Part shown: one piece after another, positions 10,119 to 19,602 of the stretch | Layout: each line of letters starts with the position of its first letter | Numbering within the stretch: the first letter of the stretch is position 1 | From: a bacterium | Lineage (GTDB): Bacteria > UBA8248 | Length of the DNA stretch: 64,000 bases | Direction of reading: 5' to 3' | Assembly: GCA_965207065.1 (NCBI GenBank) | Contig: OZ242260.1 | Coordinates: forward strand, 4,000,001-4,064,000 | Translations under genes and position numbers: made by a program | The notes under the pieces: generated by a model | Told to the model about the DNA's origin: nothing | The model's database searches: none | Seen by the model: only the letters and a program-made list of their open reading frames with translations

Positions 10119-10316
10119 GTAGGGGCGGACCTGTGTGCCTCTACGATATCATTGGCTCACGTCTGCCGTAGGGACAGGTCGCGACCTGTCCCTACGCTTC
10201 GTTTCGATTCGCAGGTTTCTGTAGGGTGGGCTTAGTCAGGACAGGCACGGAGGCCTGTCCCTACGAAACACCTCGCATACGGAATCTGGTGTAGGGGCGG
10301 GCCCCCGTGCCCGCCC
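10119..10316. repeat. Cluster of GTAG-type REP-like palindromes between convergent genes
   Basis: Perfect 28-bp palindrome gtagggacaggtcgcgacctgtccctac (10168-10195) plus several gtaggg.../...cctac units. Confidence 0.8.
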
Positions 10317-10338
10317 GCATCGGGGAATTCCTCCCTGA

Positions 10339-11214
10339 TCACGCCGCCTGCCAGATGATCACCACCATGCCGATGAACAACAAGACGGCACCGGCCGTTT
10401 TCTGCCAAGTGATCTCCTCCTCCCCCTTGAGCCATACCCGCGCCAGCAGCAGGGAGAACAGCGGCGCCGTATAGACGATGGGGGCGATGATCGACACGTC
10501 GCCGTATTGATACGACGTGAAGTGGCAGAAAAAAGAAAGCGTGAGAATCGAGCCCGCCAGCGCGAACCCCTTAACACCCGCGCGGTTGAAGGAGAGGCGC
10601 TCGTTATCGGGCAGGAAGGGATAGAACAGGAACAGCACGGGGATGGAAATCGCATAGGAAAGCGTGGCCCCCAGCAGCGGTTCGGGCATGATGGTGAGCA
10701 CCTGTTTTCTAATGGATGCGGCGAAGGCGAACGAGACGGCGTGGGCCATCGGCATGAGGATGAAAATCCGCCGCCAGGGTTTTTCGCCTTCCCTTTTAAG
10801 CGCCAGCAGAACGCATCCCGCGACGACGAAGAGCGTCGCACCCAGTACCACGGCGCCCGGCCGCTCGCCCAGCCAGGCCATCGCCACGAGCGTGGAGAAA
10901 AAAGGCGTCACCGTGATGAGCGGCATGGCGCGGCCCACCCCGATATAGCTGATGCTCAGGAACATGAGCGCCTGCGCCAATCCGGGCGCGAGCGCGCCGC
11001 CCACCAGAAACCACAGGGCGACCGGCAGCGTGAGTTCACTCCATGAGGAGAGAAAGACCGAGATTACGACCAGAACCACCGTACCGATGCTGAGCGTGAT
11101 CAGGCTGCCCGTGAAGGCGCTCGTGTAGCGCATGGTTCTTCGCGCCATAACGCTGAAGACGGCGAACAGTACCGATGAGGCGAGCGCAAATAAGGAGGCC
11201 AGCAAGGGGTTCAA
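10339..11214 (-). CDS. EamA/DMT family transporter
   Basis: ~10 TM, internal duplication, IGVGRAMPL...WLGE. Confidence 0.88.
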   Translation of the reverse strand: MNPLLASLFALASSVLFAVFSVMARRTMRYTSAFTGSLITLSIGTVVLVVISVFLSSWSELTLPVALWFLVGGALAPGLAQALMFLSISYIGVGRAMPLITVTPFFSTLVAMAWLGERPGAVVLGATLFVVAGCVLLALKREGEKPWRRIFILMPMAHAVSFAFAASIRKQVLTIMPEPLLGATLSYAISIPVLFLFYPFLPDNERLSFNRAGVKGFALAGSILTLSFFCHFTSYQYGDVSIIAPIVYTAPLFSLLLARVWLKGEEEITWQKTAGAVLLFIGMVVIIWQAA

Positions 11215-11248
11215 AAAATTCTCCAGATTGATGCTTTTTTCATTTCGC

Positions 11249-12124
11249 CTACGCGCTCGCCAAGGCGATGATGGCCGTCCCGATAAACAGAAGAGCCGAC
11301 CCGGCCCATTTCTGCCACGTCAGTTTCTCCTCCTCCCGCAGCCAGACCCGTGCGAGCAGAAGGGAGAACAAAGGAGCCGTATAACTCAAGGGCATGACGA
11401 TGAACACCTCTCCATACTGAAACGCGGCGAAAAACGCGATATACGCCACCATATTGATGAAGCCCGCGACCGTGAACCAAACAAACCCCCTCATGTCCAT
11501 CCGGAAGCGCTCGGCCTTTGGAAGGGCGGGAGCCAACAGCAAGAGCGTGGGCAGGGAGACGGCGTTCGCGATCAGCGCGCCAATGATGAAATCTCCATAC
11601 AGAAGCAATCCGTAGCGCCTGGAGGTATTTACGAAGGCCATCATGAAGGCGTGCAGAAAAGGATAAATCATGTGAATCCGCCGCCAGTCGGAATCGCCCT
11701 CGGGCTTGACCGTGAGGAAAAGGCACCCGCCCGTGACGAAAAAAATGGCGACCCAGACAGCGAGGTTCGGGTGCTCCCCGAGCCAGGCGATCGCCACCAG
11801 AGTCGCGAGGAAAGGCGTTATCGTCACCAAGGGCATCGTGCGGCCCACGCCGATGGTCCTGTAGCCCATAAAAAGAAGTAACCGGCTGAAGCCCGGCGCG
11901 AAGATACCGCCCACGAAGAACCACAGCGCCGCCTCGTACGTGAGCCCGCTCCAGTCCGAATAGACGAGAGAGAGGCCGCCCAGAATCGGAATCCCTATCG
12001 CCAGACCGATCACGGCGCCCACGTAGGGAGTGGTAGCTCCCAGAGCCTTGCGCGCGACGATGCTGAAGAAGGCGAACGAAACCGACGCCGTGAGACTCAA
12101 GGCGATGGCGAGGTGGTGATCCAA
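11249..12124 (-). CDS. EamA/DMT family transporter (tandem paralogue)
   Basis: ~10 TM; shares APLFSLLLARVWL..EE..TWQK with neighbour. Confidence 0.88.
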   Translation of the reverse strand: MDHHLAIALSLTASVSFAFFSIVARKALGATTPYVGAVIGLAIGIPILGGLSLVYSDWSGLTYEAALWFFVGGIFAPGFSRLLLFMGYRTIGVGRTMPLVTITPFLATLVAIAWLGEHPNLAVWVAIFFVTGGCLFLTVKPEGDSDWRRIHMIYPFLHAFMMAFVNTSRRYGLLLYGDFIIGALIANAVSLPTLLLLAPALPKAERFRMDMRGFVWFTVAGFINMVAYIAFFAAFQYGEVFIVMPLSYTAPLFSLLLARVWLREEEKLTWQKWAGSALLFIGTAIIALASA

Positions 12125-12269
12125 GGAGAGAACTTACCGGACAGGGAATACGCGCAAGTATAAAAACCGGAGGGGAGGGTTCACGCCCGCGCACCTTCGT
12201 CGATGGCTGCCGGCTGCGTCCACCGCATCGCGAACACCCCTGGTTTCAGCAAGGGCCGCGCGCAAGCTC

Positions 12270-12782
12270 TCAGCAGCCCGTTTTTTTGCACCTGACGCAC
12301 TCGACGATGTTGTCCGGCTCGCTCGGCCTGGTAGAGTTTTTGACATCGTAGCCCTCCATCTTCCCGTCGCCGAACAAGCCGATGAGCATTCGCCCGTCCT
12401 CGAGGATGATGTAATCCCCAATCAAAACTCTTCCGGTGGCTTCATTCCGGGCGGCCCGCCGGTAAATGTTCCGTGTCCTGACTTTGTGGTTGCAAGAAGA
12501 CGCGTACCGGACTCCATTCTTCAGTGTGTGGACTTTCCCGTCCACGATTTCCGTCTGCGTTACGCGCTCGCCTCCGGAAGCCCAGCCGTCCATGAAGGTA
12601 ACTCTCTGGATTCCGTCTTCACCCACAGCGAAGGATATTTTCACGTAGCGGGTATTGCCGCAAATCCATTCACCGATCATCGCCGGGTTACACTCGCTTA
12701 CAGGCTCGGCGGCGGACGCGCCCCCGGCAGGAACGATGAAGACGAGTGATAGAAGCAACGCTTTCAGGACGTAATAAAACAT
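12270..12782 (-). CDS. Secreted hypothetical protein (Cys-containing)
   Basis: Signal peptide ending ASA-AE; GGAGG RBS; no recognised domain. Confidence 0.6.
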   Translation of the reverse strand: MFYYVLKALLLSLVFIVPAGGASAAEPVSECNPAMIGEWICGNTRYVKISFAVGEDGIQRVTFMDGWASGGERVTQTEIVDGKVHTLKNGVRYASSCNHKVRTRNIYRRAARNEATGRVLIGDYIILEDGRMLIGLFGDGKMEGYDVKNSTRPSEPDNIVECVRCKKTGC

Positions 12783-13021
12783 GAACGCCTCCCCGTGAAC
12801 GTCCGGTTCCGCGGAATTCTACACCAGGCCACCGAAATCCGCCGCTCGTATCAAGGGAAGCGTGGGGCGGGAGGTCAGCCCCCTTTGCATGTACCCCGAG
12901 CGTCATGCGGATCTGACCCCTCTTCGCCTCGGTCCGCACGCAGGAAGCCGGCCCACGGCGTAAGCGGGCTGGCATTTTGATCCGGGATGGGGTATATTTC
13001 TTCCAGATTGGAGGAAAGATA

Positions 13022-13732
13022 ATGGCGACCAGCATTGCGGACCGGGCCATTTCGGCGAACGAGGCGGCCTGCGTCACCGGCGTGCCCCTGAAACAGGTGC
13101 ACCGCATCATCGACTCGGGCCTCCTGGGCGCCGCCGCGAAAAGCCACAAGGGCTCCCGCTTCGTCCTTTACGACGGCCTGGTGGGCCTCAAGCTCGCTCA
13201 CGAGACGACAGACACCCTCACCCTCGACGGACGCCGTCGGCTCGTGCGCTATCTTCTCGAGAATCCGAAGGCCGGGACGGCCCGTGAAAACAACGTGTCC
13301 GTCGACGTGCGGCCCATGAAGGGGCAATTGCGCAGAGGGCTTTCCAGGCTCGCGAGGGCGCGCAAGATGATTGTAGCCGATGAGGCCGTACTCTCCGGCG
13401 CGGCGTGCATCAAGGGAACCCGCATACCCGCTCACGATATCGCCGAAATGCTCGCTGGCGGCGACGGCGTGGACGCCGTCCGCACGGCTTACCCCTCCCT
13501 CGCGGAGGCCCAGATCGAAGCCGCGGCCCTCTATGCCCGGGCCTACCCGCGCCGCGGCCGCCCCCGTCGAGGGCCCTTCTGGCGCAGCCGAAAACCGATC
13601 ATATCGAGCGAGGTCGATTTCCGGGAGCTGACTACCAGCCGGGTCAAGGAGCGCAACGCCCGGTATGACCAGGAGGAACTCCTCGACCTGATCGACGAGG
13701 AGGTGGACGCCGCGCGTGCGGGTCGTTCTTGA
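13022..13732 (+). CDS. DUF433 domain protein (HTH + DUF433, antitoxin-like)
   Basis: VLSGAACIKGTRIPAHDI...AYPSL..AQIEAAALY, PRRGRP; GGAGG RBS. Confidence 0.85.
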   Translation: MATSIADRAISANEAACVTGVPLKQVHRIIDSGLLGAAAKSHKGSRFVLYDGLVGLKLAHETTDTLTLDGRRRLVRYLLENPKAGTARENNVSVDVRPMKGQLRRGLSRLARARKMIVADEAVLSGAACIKGTRIPAHDIAEMLAGGDGVDAVRTAYPSLAEAQIEAAALYARAYPRRGRPRRGPFWRSRKPIISSEVDFRELTTSRVKERNARYDQEELLDLIDEEVDAARAGRS

Positions 13733-13774
13733 CGACACCTGCCACTCTTCAGGCCAGTCATAGTGGTCGCTTAT

Positions 13775-14003
13775 GGGGTTGTTGGAAAAGCCCTGACGGA
13801 TCGGGCTGACCCACTCCCCGCTTGGTCGAGATGTCAATACTCGTGTATGTGGCGCTCCCAAAAAGGGAGCGCTACCTACAAAATCTCGACATCGGGCGTT
13901 TGCGAGGTGGTAGGGACAGGTCGCAACCTGTGTGGCAGCCCCGTGTAGGGGCTGCCACTACAATAGAACCCCAACCGAACCGTAAGGGGTTATTCAACAT
14001 TCC
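13775..14003. mobile_element. MITE-like element with GTTG(G/A)A ends containing REP-like hairpins
   Basis: Left ggggttgttggaaaag, right ggggttattcaacattcc; internal block shared with the 29.5 and 41.7 kb copies. Confidence 0.55.
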
Positions 14004-14110
14004 ACCGCAAGGAGGGAGTGAAACCCGAACGCCCATGAAAGCGGCGAATAACGCCGCATACATCTGTGCCGATGGCGTAGGGCAATCATCCGCCCAGAAT
14101 TGCGCTCCCC

Positions 14111-15343
14111 CTAGAAATACACCTCACCGGGCCTGACGGGCGGCGTCCATTCGCACTCGCCGAACGGGCCGTCGCTTTTCTCCTTGACGTAGGCGATGCG
14201 ATCCTCGTTCACGCTCTCACCTATCAGCGTCCGGTGCAGCCAGTCGAGAATATACTGATGGTTGTCCATGCCGCCCAGGTTCTTCAAGCTCACGAGGGGG
14301 TGGAACTGGTTCTCGAACACCCACATCTCTTTCTTGCAAGTGAGGTCCTCATACACCTCGATGGCGTCCTCGAGCGGGCAGAGGGGGTCGAACTCGCCCG
14401 TCACCAGCAGCGTGGGGCACTGGATCTTGTCCATGTAGCCCTTGACGGTCATGTTGCGCGCCATCTCGTCGAACGCATCCTCATCGTCCATGCCGGCCAT
14501 GTACATGAACACCTGCTTGAAGCGCGGCGAGGACTGCGTGAAGATGGTGTTGTTCGGGTTGAAGCACGCCACGGCGCTCGCCACCGCCGCCGCCCTGTGG
14601 TCGTAGCTCGCCAGGCGAAGCGACCAGAAGCTCCCCATGCTGATGCCGTAGATGCCGATCTTGGTGGGCTCGATTTCCTCGCGCCCCAGGAGGTAGTCCA
14701 TCACCGCGGCGCCCGCGCGCTCGTAGTTGTCACCCACGGCGCGTATTTTCTGGATGTTGGAATTGCCCTGCCCCGGACCGTCCATCGCCAGGACGTGAAA
14801 TCCCCTGTCGGCCGCCACGTTGTGCCGCGCGTGGGGGAAAACCTCCTTGCTCTGGTCCATGCCCGGCACGTAGATGATGCAGGGCGCCTTCCTGCGGTCG
14901 GGCAGCAGGTGCAGGAGGCATGAGATGGTCTTGCCGTCGTCGAAGGGCACCTCGACGCGCTCGATAGGGTAGGAGGCCGTTTCTGAGCGCCTGTCGACCA
15001 CCTCCTTCAGCTTGTTGCACAGATAGATCTTCACGGGGTTGTCGTCATAGAAAATCGGGTGCTGCGCCATGCGGTACGCCTCGATGGCGTGGTCGTAGTG
15101 CTCCGTGGCCGTGGCGTCAAAACCTTCCCGCTGGGCTTTCTTCCCGAGCTTTTCATGCTCCTCGGCGGACTCGCGCCAGACCTTGGGCAACATCTGGTAG
15201 TTGTGGGCGCGCTTGCCCTGGGGGACTTCGAGGTAATCGCGCTCGAAGTTCTGGACGCGGCCCCTCATGTTCAGGGCCAGGTCGAGCATCCACTGCTGGT
15301 TGTCTCTTTCGGTGCGTAGTTTGCGAATCATTTTCCTCTCCAC
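14111..15343 (-). CDS. Alpha/beta hydrolase (FrsA / 2,6-dihydroxy-pseudooxynicotine hydrolase-like)
   Basis: PGMDQSKE, DGPGQG, GISMG nucleophile elbow, TGEFDP, FH triad. Confidence 0.85.
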   Translation of the reverse strand: MERKMIRKLRTERDNQQWMLDLALNMRGRVQNFERDYLEVPQGKRAHNYQMLPKVWRESAEEHEKLGKKAQREGFDATATEHYDHAIEAYRMAQHPIFYDDNPVKIYLCNKLKEVVDRRSETASYPIERVEVPFDDGKTISCLLHLLPDRRKAPCIIYVPGMDQSKEVFPHARHNVAADRGFHVLAMDGPGQGNSNIQKIRAVGDNYERAGAAVMDYLLGREEIEPTKIGIYGISMGSFWSLRLASYDHRAAAVASAVACFNPNNTIFTQSSPRFKQVFMYMAGMDDEDAFDEMARNMTVKGYMDKIQCPTLLVTGEFDPLCPLEDAIEVYEDLTCKKEMWVFENQFHPLVSLKNLGGMDNHQYILDWLHRTLIGESVNEDRIAYVKEKSDGPFGECEWTPPVRPGEVYF

Positions 15344-15460
15344 GTTTGGTTAAAATGGCAAAAAAGTTTCGCCGAGAAATTTACCTGTTCTGGATTCGGG
15401 CGGAATGCCAAGCGGGCCGTCCCCCAATGGTCAATCCACCCGACACGAAATATAAAATCC

Positions 15461-16648
15461 CTAGCGGACGACGTCCTCCCTCCTGAAAGCGGCTATTTCT
15501 TTTCCCGATAAGCCGAGTTCCCCCAGCACCTCATCGGAATGCTGGCCGAGCATGGGAGGCGGCCTCCGCACGGAAGAAGGCGTCTTGTCGAACTTCACGG
15601 GCACGCCCCCGAGCTGCAAGACCCCGTATTCGGGATGCTCCGCCTGCGCGAGATAGCCCATCGCCTTCATCTGGGGGTCTTCGTAGAGGTCGGTGGGCTT
15701 CCTGACGCGCGCGCAGGGCACACCCTCGCCCTCGAACTTGCGCACCCATTCCTCGCCCGGCGCAGTGCGCAAGACCTCCTGCACGAGGGGGATGATGGTT
15801 TCGCGCGCATCGTGCCTTCCGCGAAACGTCCGCCAGGCCTCTTCTTCGAGCAATTCGGGAAGGCCGAGAATATCTGAGGATTTCTCCCAGAAACCATCCA
15901 CGTCCATGTAGAGATAGATGTGCCCGTCGGAAACCTCGTAGACGCGGGCGATGCGATCGTTCAGGGCGTCTTCCACCTCGGAGACGGGTTCTGTGTCACT
16001 CGCCCATATGAGGCGGCCGAACTGCATGGCCGTCGCCCCGCCCAGAAGCGATGCGTCGATCCGCTGGCCCTCGCCGGTGCGCTCCCGGGCGTAGAGCGCC
16101 ATCATCACCGCGCCGTAGGCGAGCGCGCCCGTCATGTAGTCCACGAAAGAACCCTGCACGAGTTCCGGCGCGCCGCCCCCGCCCTGCTCGGCGGGAATGC
16201 CCGCCGTGGTCTGGATGATGGGATCGATGCCCCGGCGTTCTCGCAGAGGGCCTCCCTGCCCGTAGGCCGAGACCGAGAGATAGATGAGCCGGGGGTTTTC
16301 GCGCATCAGGGCGTCGGCGCCAAGTCCGAACTTCTCGATAGCGCCGGGACGGTAGCCCTCCACGAACACGTCCATCTGCGCGGCGAGCTTTTTGGCGATC
16401 TCCCGGCCCTGCTCCGTTCGCAGGTTGAGCGCGAGGCTCCTCTTGCTGCGGTTCAAGCCGAGAAACAGCCTGCTCTCCCCGGCGAAGGAAGAGGGGAAAT
16501 TCCGTACGCGGTCGCCCTCGGGCGGCTCGAGCTTCACCACGTCCGCGCCAGCGTCCCCCATCATCAGCGTGCAGAACGGACCCGCCACGTAATGCGTGAG
16601 GTCCAGCACCCGAATGCCTGCCAACCCGTCCATATCGTTCCTTGACAT
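15461..16648 (-). CDS. CaiB/BaiF family III CoA transferase
   Basis: LAGIRVLDL, AGP, GADVVKLE, NRSKRS, FVDY, PPMLGQHS. Confidence 0.92.
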   Translation of the reverse strand: MSRNDMDGLAGIRVLDLTHYVAGPFCTLMMGDAGADVVKLEPPEGDRVRNFPSSFAGESRLFLGLNRSKRSLALNLRTEQGREIAKKLAAQMDVFVEGYRPGAIEKFGLGADALMRENPRLIYLSVSAYGQGGPLRERRGIDPIIQTTAGIPAEQGGGGAPELVQGSFVDYMTGALAYGAVMMALYARERTGEGQRIDASLLGGATAMQFGRLIWASDTEPVSEVEDALNDRIARVYEVSDGHIYLYMDVDGFWEKSSDILGLPELLEEEAWRTFRGRHDARETIIPLVQEVLRTAPGEEWVRKFEGEGVPCARVRKPTDLYEDPQMKAMGYLAQAEHPEYGVLQLGGVPVKFDKTPSSVRRPPPMLGQHSDEVLGELGLSGKEIAAFRREDVVR

Positions 16649-16678
16649 TACTTGAAGTATATTTATTATACGATTGAT

Positions 16679-17095
16679 TTATATTTGTTTATTTACTTGT
16701 TCAATTTTCCTCATGAGTTTTTCGTTCTTACGCTCCCGAAGGACGATGAAGCGCTCGTTCGTCCCCCGGGCGACGAGTTCCACCTCGTCGTGAATCTCCA
16801 CCTCGAAGACGCAGCGCCTGCTCTCGCTCTCGACGAGCCTTGCGCGCGCCTCAACTCGCATCCCCTTGGGCGTTCCCGCCATGTGGGTGAGCGATACCTT
16901 CGTCCCCACACTCGTCTGATCGGGGCTTAAATGTTCTTCCAGCGCAGCCATGGCGGCCTTTTCCATGAAGCGCACCAACTCGGGCGTCGCCACCACCTCG
17001 GCGTTCGTGCCTCTCAGGTGTAAGGGCACGTGCTCATCCGCCACTATGACGGCATACGTCCCCGTAAGTCCCGGCCGGATCGCGTCGTGGTTCAT
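16679..17095 (-). CDS. FlK-like hotdog thioesterase
   Basis: VVATP, ME, SVGT...H..TP.G, G.NERF. Confidence 0.85.
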   Translation of the reverse strand: MNHDAIRPGLTGTYAVIVADEHVPLHLRGTNAEVVATPELVRFMEKAAMAALEEHLSPDQTSVGTKVSLTHMAGTPKGMRVEARARLVESESRRCVFEVEIHDEVELVARGTNERFIVLRERKNEKLMRKIEQVNKQI

Positions 17096-17126
17096 CTGGG
17101 TTCACCCGATGGCTTCGATACGGCGG

Positions 17127-18107
17127 CTAGCCGCCCATCGTGAGCACGATTTTTCCAAAGACTTTCCCGGTCATCAGCACGTCGTGGGAGCGCGCGGCTT
17201 CTGCGAGGGGCATCGTCTCCCCCACCGAGGCGCGCACCCGGCCATCGGCGAGCATCAGGTCCAGTTGTCGCACCATATCCGGGAACACGTGGTCGGTGTT
17301 GAACAGGCTCATTCCCCGCACGTCGATGTCTTTGGAGTAAAACGGCGGATAGTTCACCGAACCCACCGGGTTCTTGCCCGTGCCTGCGCCGAGCACGACG
17401 ATGCAGCCGTATTTCTTCACCGCCCGGCAGTCGGCGTCGAAATTCTCCACCGCCACCATCTCGACCACCGAGTCCACCCCGACCCCGCCTGTCTCGGCGA
17501 GGCAGCGCTCGGCGAAATCCTCCTCGCGGTAGTTGACGATCACGTCGGCGCCGAACTGACGGCAAAATTCTGCTTTTTCTTCCGAACTCACCGTCGTGAT
17601 AACGCGCGCCCCGGCAGCCTTTGCAATCTGGATCCCCATGCAGCCCACGCCGCCGGCGCCCGCGTGGATGAGCACCGTTTCGCCCGCCTTGAGCCCCGCC
17701 TTGTATATCAGCGCGTTATAGGCCGTGTACAAAACCACCGGCAAAGACGCCCCCTCCTCATAAGAGAGGTTGTCGGGCAGTTTCGCCGTGCGGAGGGGAT
17801 TCAGGATCGCCTTTTCGGCGTAAGAGCCGCTTGCCGCCGCGCCGAAGACCCTGTCGCCGGGGGAGAAGCCGCCCACGCCTTCGCCCACGGCGACCACGTC
17901 GCCCGCCGCGTCGACGCCCGGCGTCCAGGGCAGGGCCAGGCTCTTCGAGAGCGGATGCGCGCCCGAGCGGAAGGTGGTGTCCACGGGGTTCACGCCCGCC
18001 GCCTTCACGTCCACCAGTATCTGGCCCGCGCCAGGCGTCGGGTCCGCCGCATCTTCGAGCACCATCACCTCGGGGTCGCCGAATTCATGTACGTGTATCG
18101 CCTTCAT
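17127..18107 (-). CDS. NADPH:quinone oxidoreductase (zeta-crystallin MDR family)
   Basis: GVNPVD, PWTPG.DAAG, AGAGGVG, GKIVL. Confidence 0.92.
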   Translation of the reverse strand: MKAIHVHEFGDPEVMVLEDAADPTPGAGQILVDVKAAGVNPVDTTFRSGAHPLSKSLALPWTPGVDAAGDVVAVGEGVGGFSPGDRVFGAAASGSYAEKAILNPLRTAKLPDNLSYEEGASLPVVLYTAYNALIYKAGLKAGETVLIHAGAGGVGCMGIQIAKAAGARVITTVSSEEKAEFCRQFGADVIVNYREEDFAERCLAETGGVGVDSVVEMVAVENFDADCRAVKKYGCIVVLGAGTGKNPVGSVNYPPFYSKDIDVRGMSLFNTDHVFPDMVRQLDLMLADGRVRASVGETMPLAEAARSHDVLMTGKVFGKIVLTMGG

Positions 18108-18256
18108 CTTCTTCTCCCATCGAATTGGGGCATCATGGAGTTTGAATTTCTCTTAATAGTTGGAGCAATAATTTCCGTCTGATTTCCTATTCCTTACCAC
18201 ACCTCAAGGGAAAATGCTCTCGCTTTCAAGGTCGTGTGCTCGGGTCGCCGCAAGCC

Positions 18257-18284
18257 TTGACACGAAATTTTCAGCGGAGATAAT
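18257..18284 (+). promoter_or_regulatory. Putative sigma70 promoter for the TAXI-TRAP operon
   Basis: TTGACA-16 bp-GATAAT. Confidence 0.45.
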
Positions 18285-18465
18285 GAGGCACTCATATTAG
18301 CGTAAGCAGAAGCGCGCCCTGTCCGTGCGAACGGCGGGGCGGAGAGCACGAGAAGACAGAAGACCAGAGTTCACGGGGAACTCTGAAAGGACATAATCGT
18401 TCATCTGGTGATGAGGCATCATCATCTACATTCGTGCATGTTTTCACCATGAAAAGGAGCCCGTA

Positions 18466-19458
18466 ATGAAGAAATTCGCATTCCTGGCAACAGTGGCGGC
18501 AGCCGTGGCGTTCACGTTCTGCGTAGCCGACGCCGCCGAGCGCTATCGCTTCGGCGGAGGCCCCTCCGGCGGCGCGTGGCATCCCTCCATCAGCGCGGGA
18601 ACCCAGCTTCTGAACAGAAAGGTCGGCAAGAAATTCTACTTCCAGTATTCCCCCTCGGCCGGTTCGGTGGCCAACGTCCGCCGCGTGAGCCTGGGCGAGT
18701 TCGCCACCTCCTGGGGACACGTCGGCCAGGTCTATCAGTCCTGGACGGGCACTGGCCTGTTCAAGAAAGACGGCGCCAACAAGAACTTCCGCATCGTCGC
18801 CAACGTCCGCGCGCAGTCGCAGATCATCGCCGTGCTGGCGGACAGCCCCATCAAGACCTACAAGGACATGGTCGGCAAGCGCGTGAACCTGCTCAAGCAG
18901 GGAACGGGCAGCCACGTGAACTGCAAGAACATCTTCGCCGCCGTCGGCATCCTCGACAAGATCCAGCCGCGCTACCTGGGCTTCTCCGCCTCGGGCCGCG
19001 CCCTGGGCGACCGCCAGATCGACGTGTACTGCTCCGCCGGCGCGCCCTTCACCATCCCGGCCCTCACCCGGCTCTCCATCCAGAAGCCGGTGCGCTACAT
19101 CAGCCTGAGCGAGGCCGAGCAGAAGAAGGTGACCGGCGACCACAAGTTCTACGTGCCGATCACCATTCCCGTCCAGAAGGAAGTCATCGGAATGAAGGCT
19201 CCGGCGCGCTCCATCGCCTACGACGTCTGGTGGATTGCGCACAAGCAGATGTCGAACGACGCCGTATACAACATGCTCAAGGTCATCGCTGCGCCCGAGA
19301 ATCTCAAGCAGCTGACCAAGACGGCGCGCTACTGGCGTGACCTGAGCGGCAACTTCAACGCGCTGAAGGTTCACAAGATCTTTGTGCACCCCGCAGCCGC
19401 TCGCTACTGGAAAGAACGCGGCGTGAAGGTGCCCGCCGAGGTCGTGAAAGGCTTCTGA
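18466..19458 (+). CDS. TAXI family TRAP transporter solute-binding protein
   Basis: GGPSGGAW, SAGSVAN, GTGS, VHPAAARYWKE; signal peptide. Confidence 0.9.
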   Translation: MKKFAFLATVAAAVAFTFCVADAAERYRFGGGPSGGAWHPSISAGTQLLNRKVGKKFYFQYSPSAGSVANVRRVSLGEFATSWGHVGQVYQSWTGTGLFKKDGANKNFRIVANVRAQSQIIAVLADSPIKTYKDMVGKRVNLLKQGTGSHVNCKNIFAAVGILDKIQPRYLGFSASGRALGDRQIDVYCSAGAPFTIPALTRLSIQKPVRYISLSEAEQKKVTGDHKFYVPITIPVQKEVIGMKAPARSIAYDVWWIAHKQMSNDAVYNMLKVIAAPENLKQLTKTARYWRDLSGNFNALKVHKIFVHPAAARYWKERGVKVPAEVVKGF

Positions 19459-19497
19459 TTCTCGAAGCGCGGATGAAAATCCCGCGTTAAGATCCCA

Positions 19498-19547
19498 CCC
19501 GGGGAGGAGAAACCTGGAAAATCTTCTCCTCCCCGGGATTCTTTCGC
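19498..19547 (+). terminator. Stem-loop after TAXI gene (partial terminator or mRNA stabiliser)
   Basis: cccggggaggaga...tctcctccccggg followed by attcttt. Confidence 0.55.
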
Positions 19548-19602
19548 TTCGCTATTTTTCTCGCATTTGACGGCCCGTTCGCCCGGGCCGAGGTAGGTCG
19601 CC

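Noticed and set aside
18290-18465. Possible glycine riboswitch in the TAXI leader
   Set aside because: Has GGAGAG and ACTCTG plus hairpins but lacks CCGAAG and CTCAGG core motifs.
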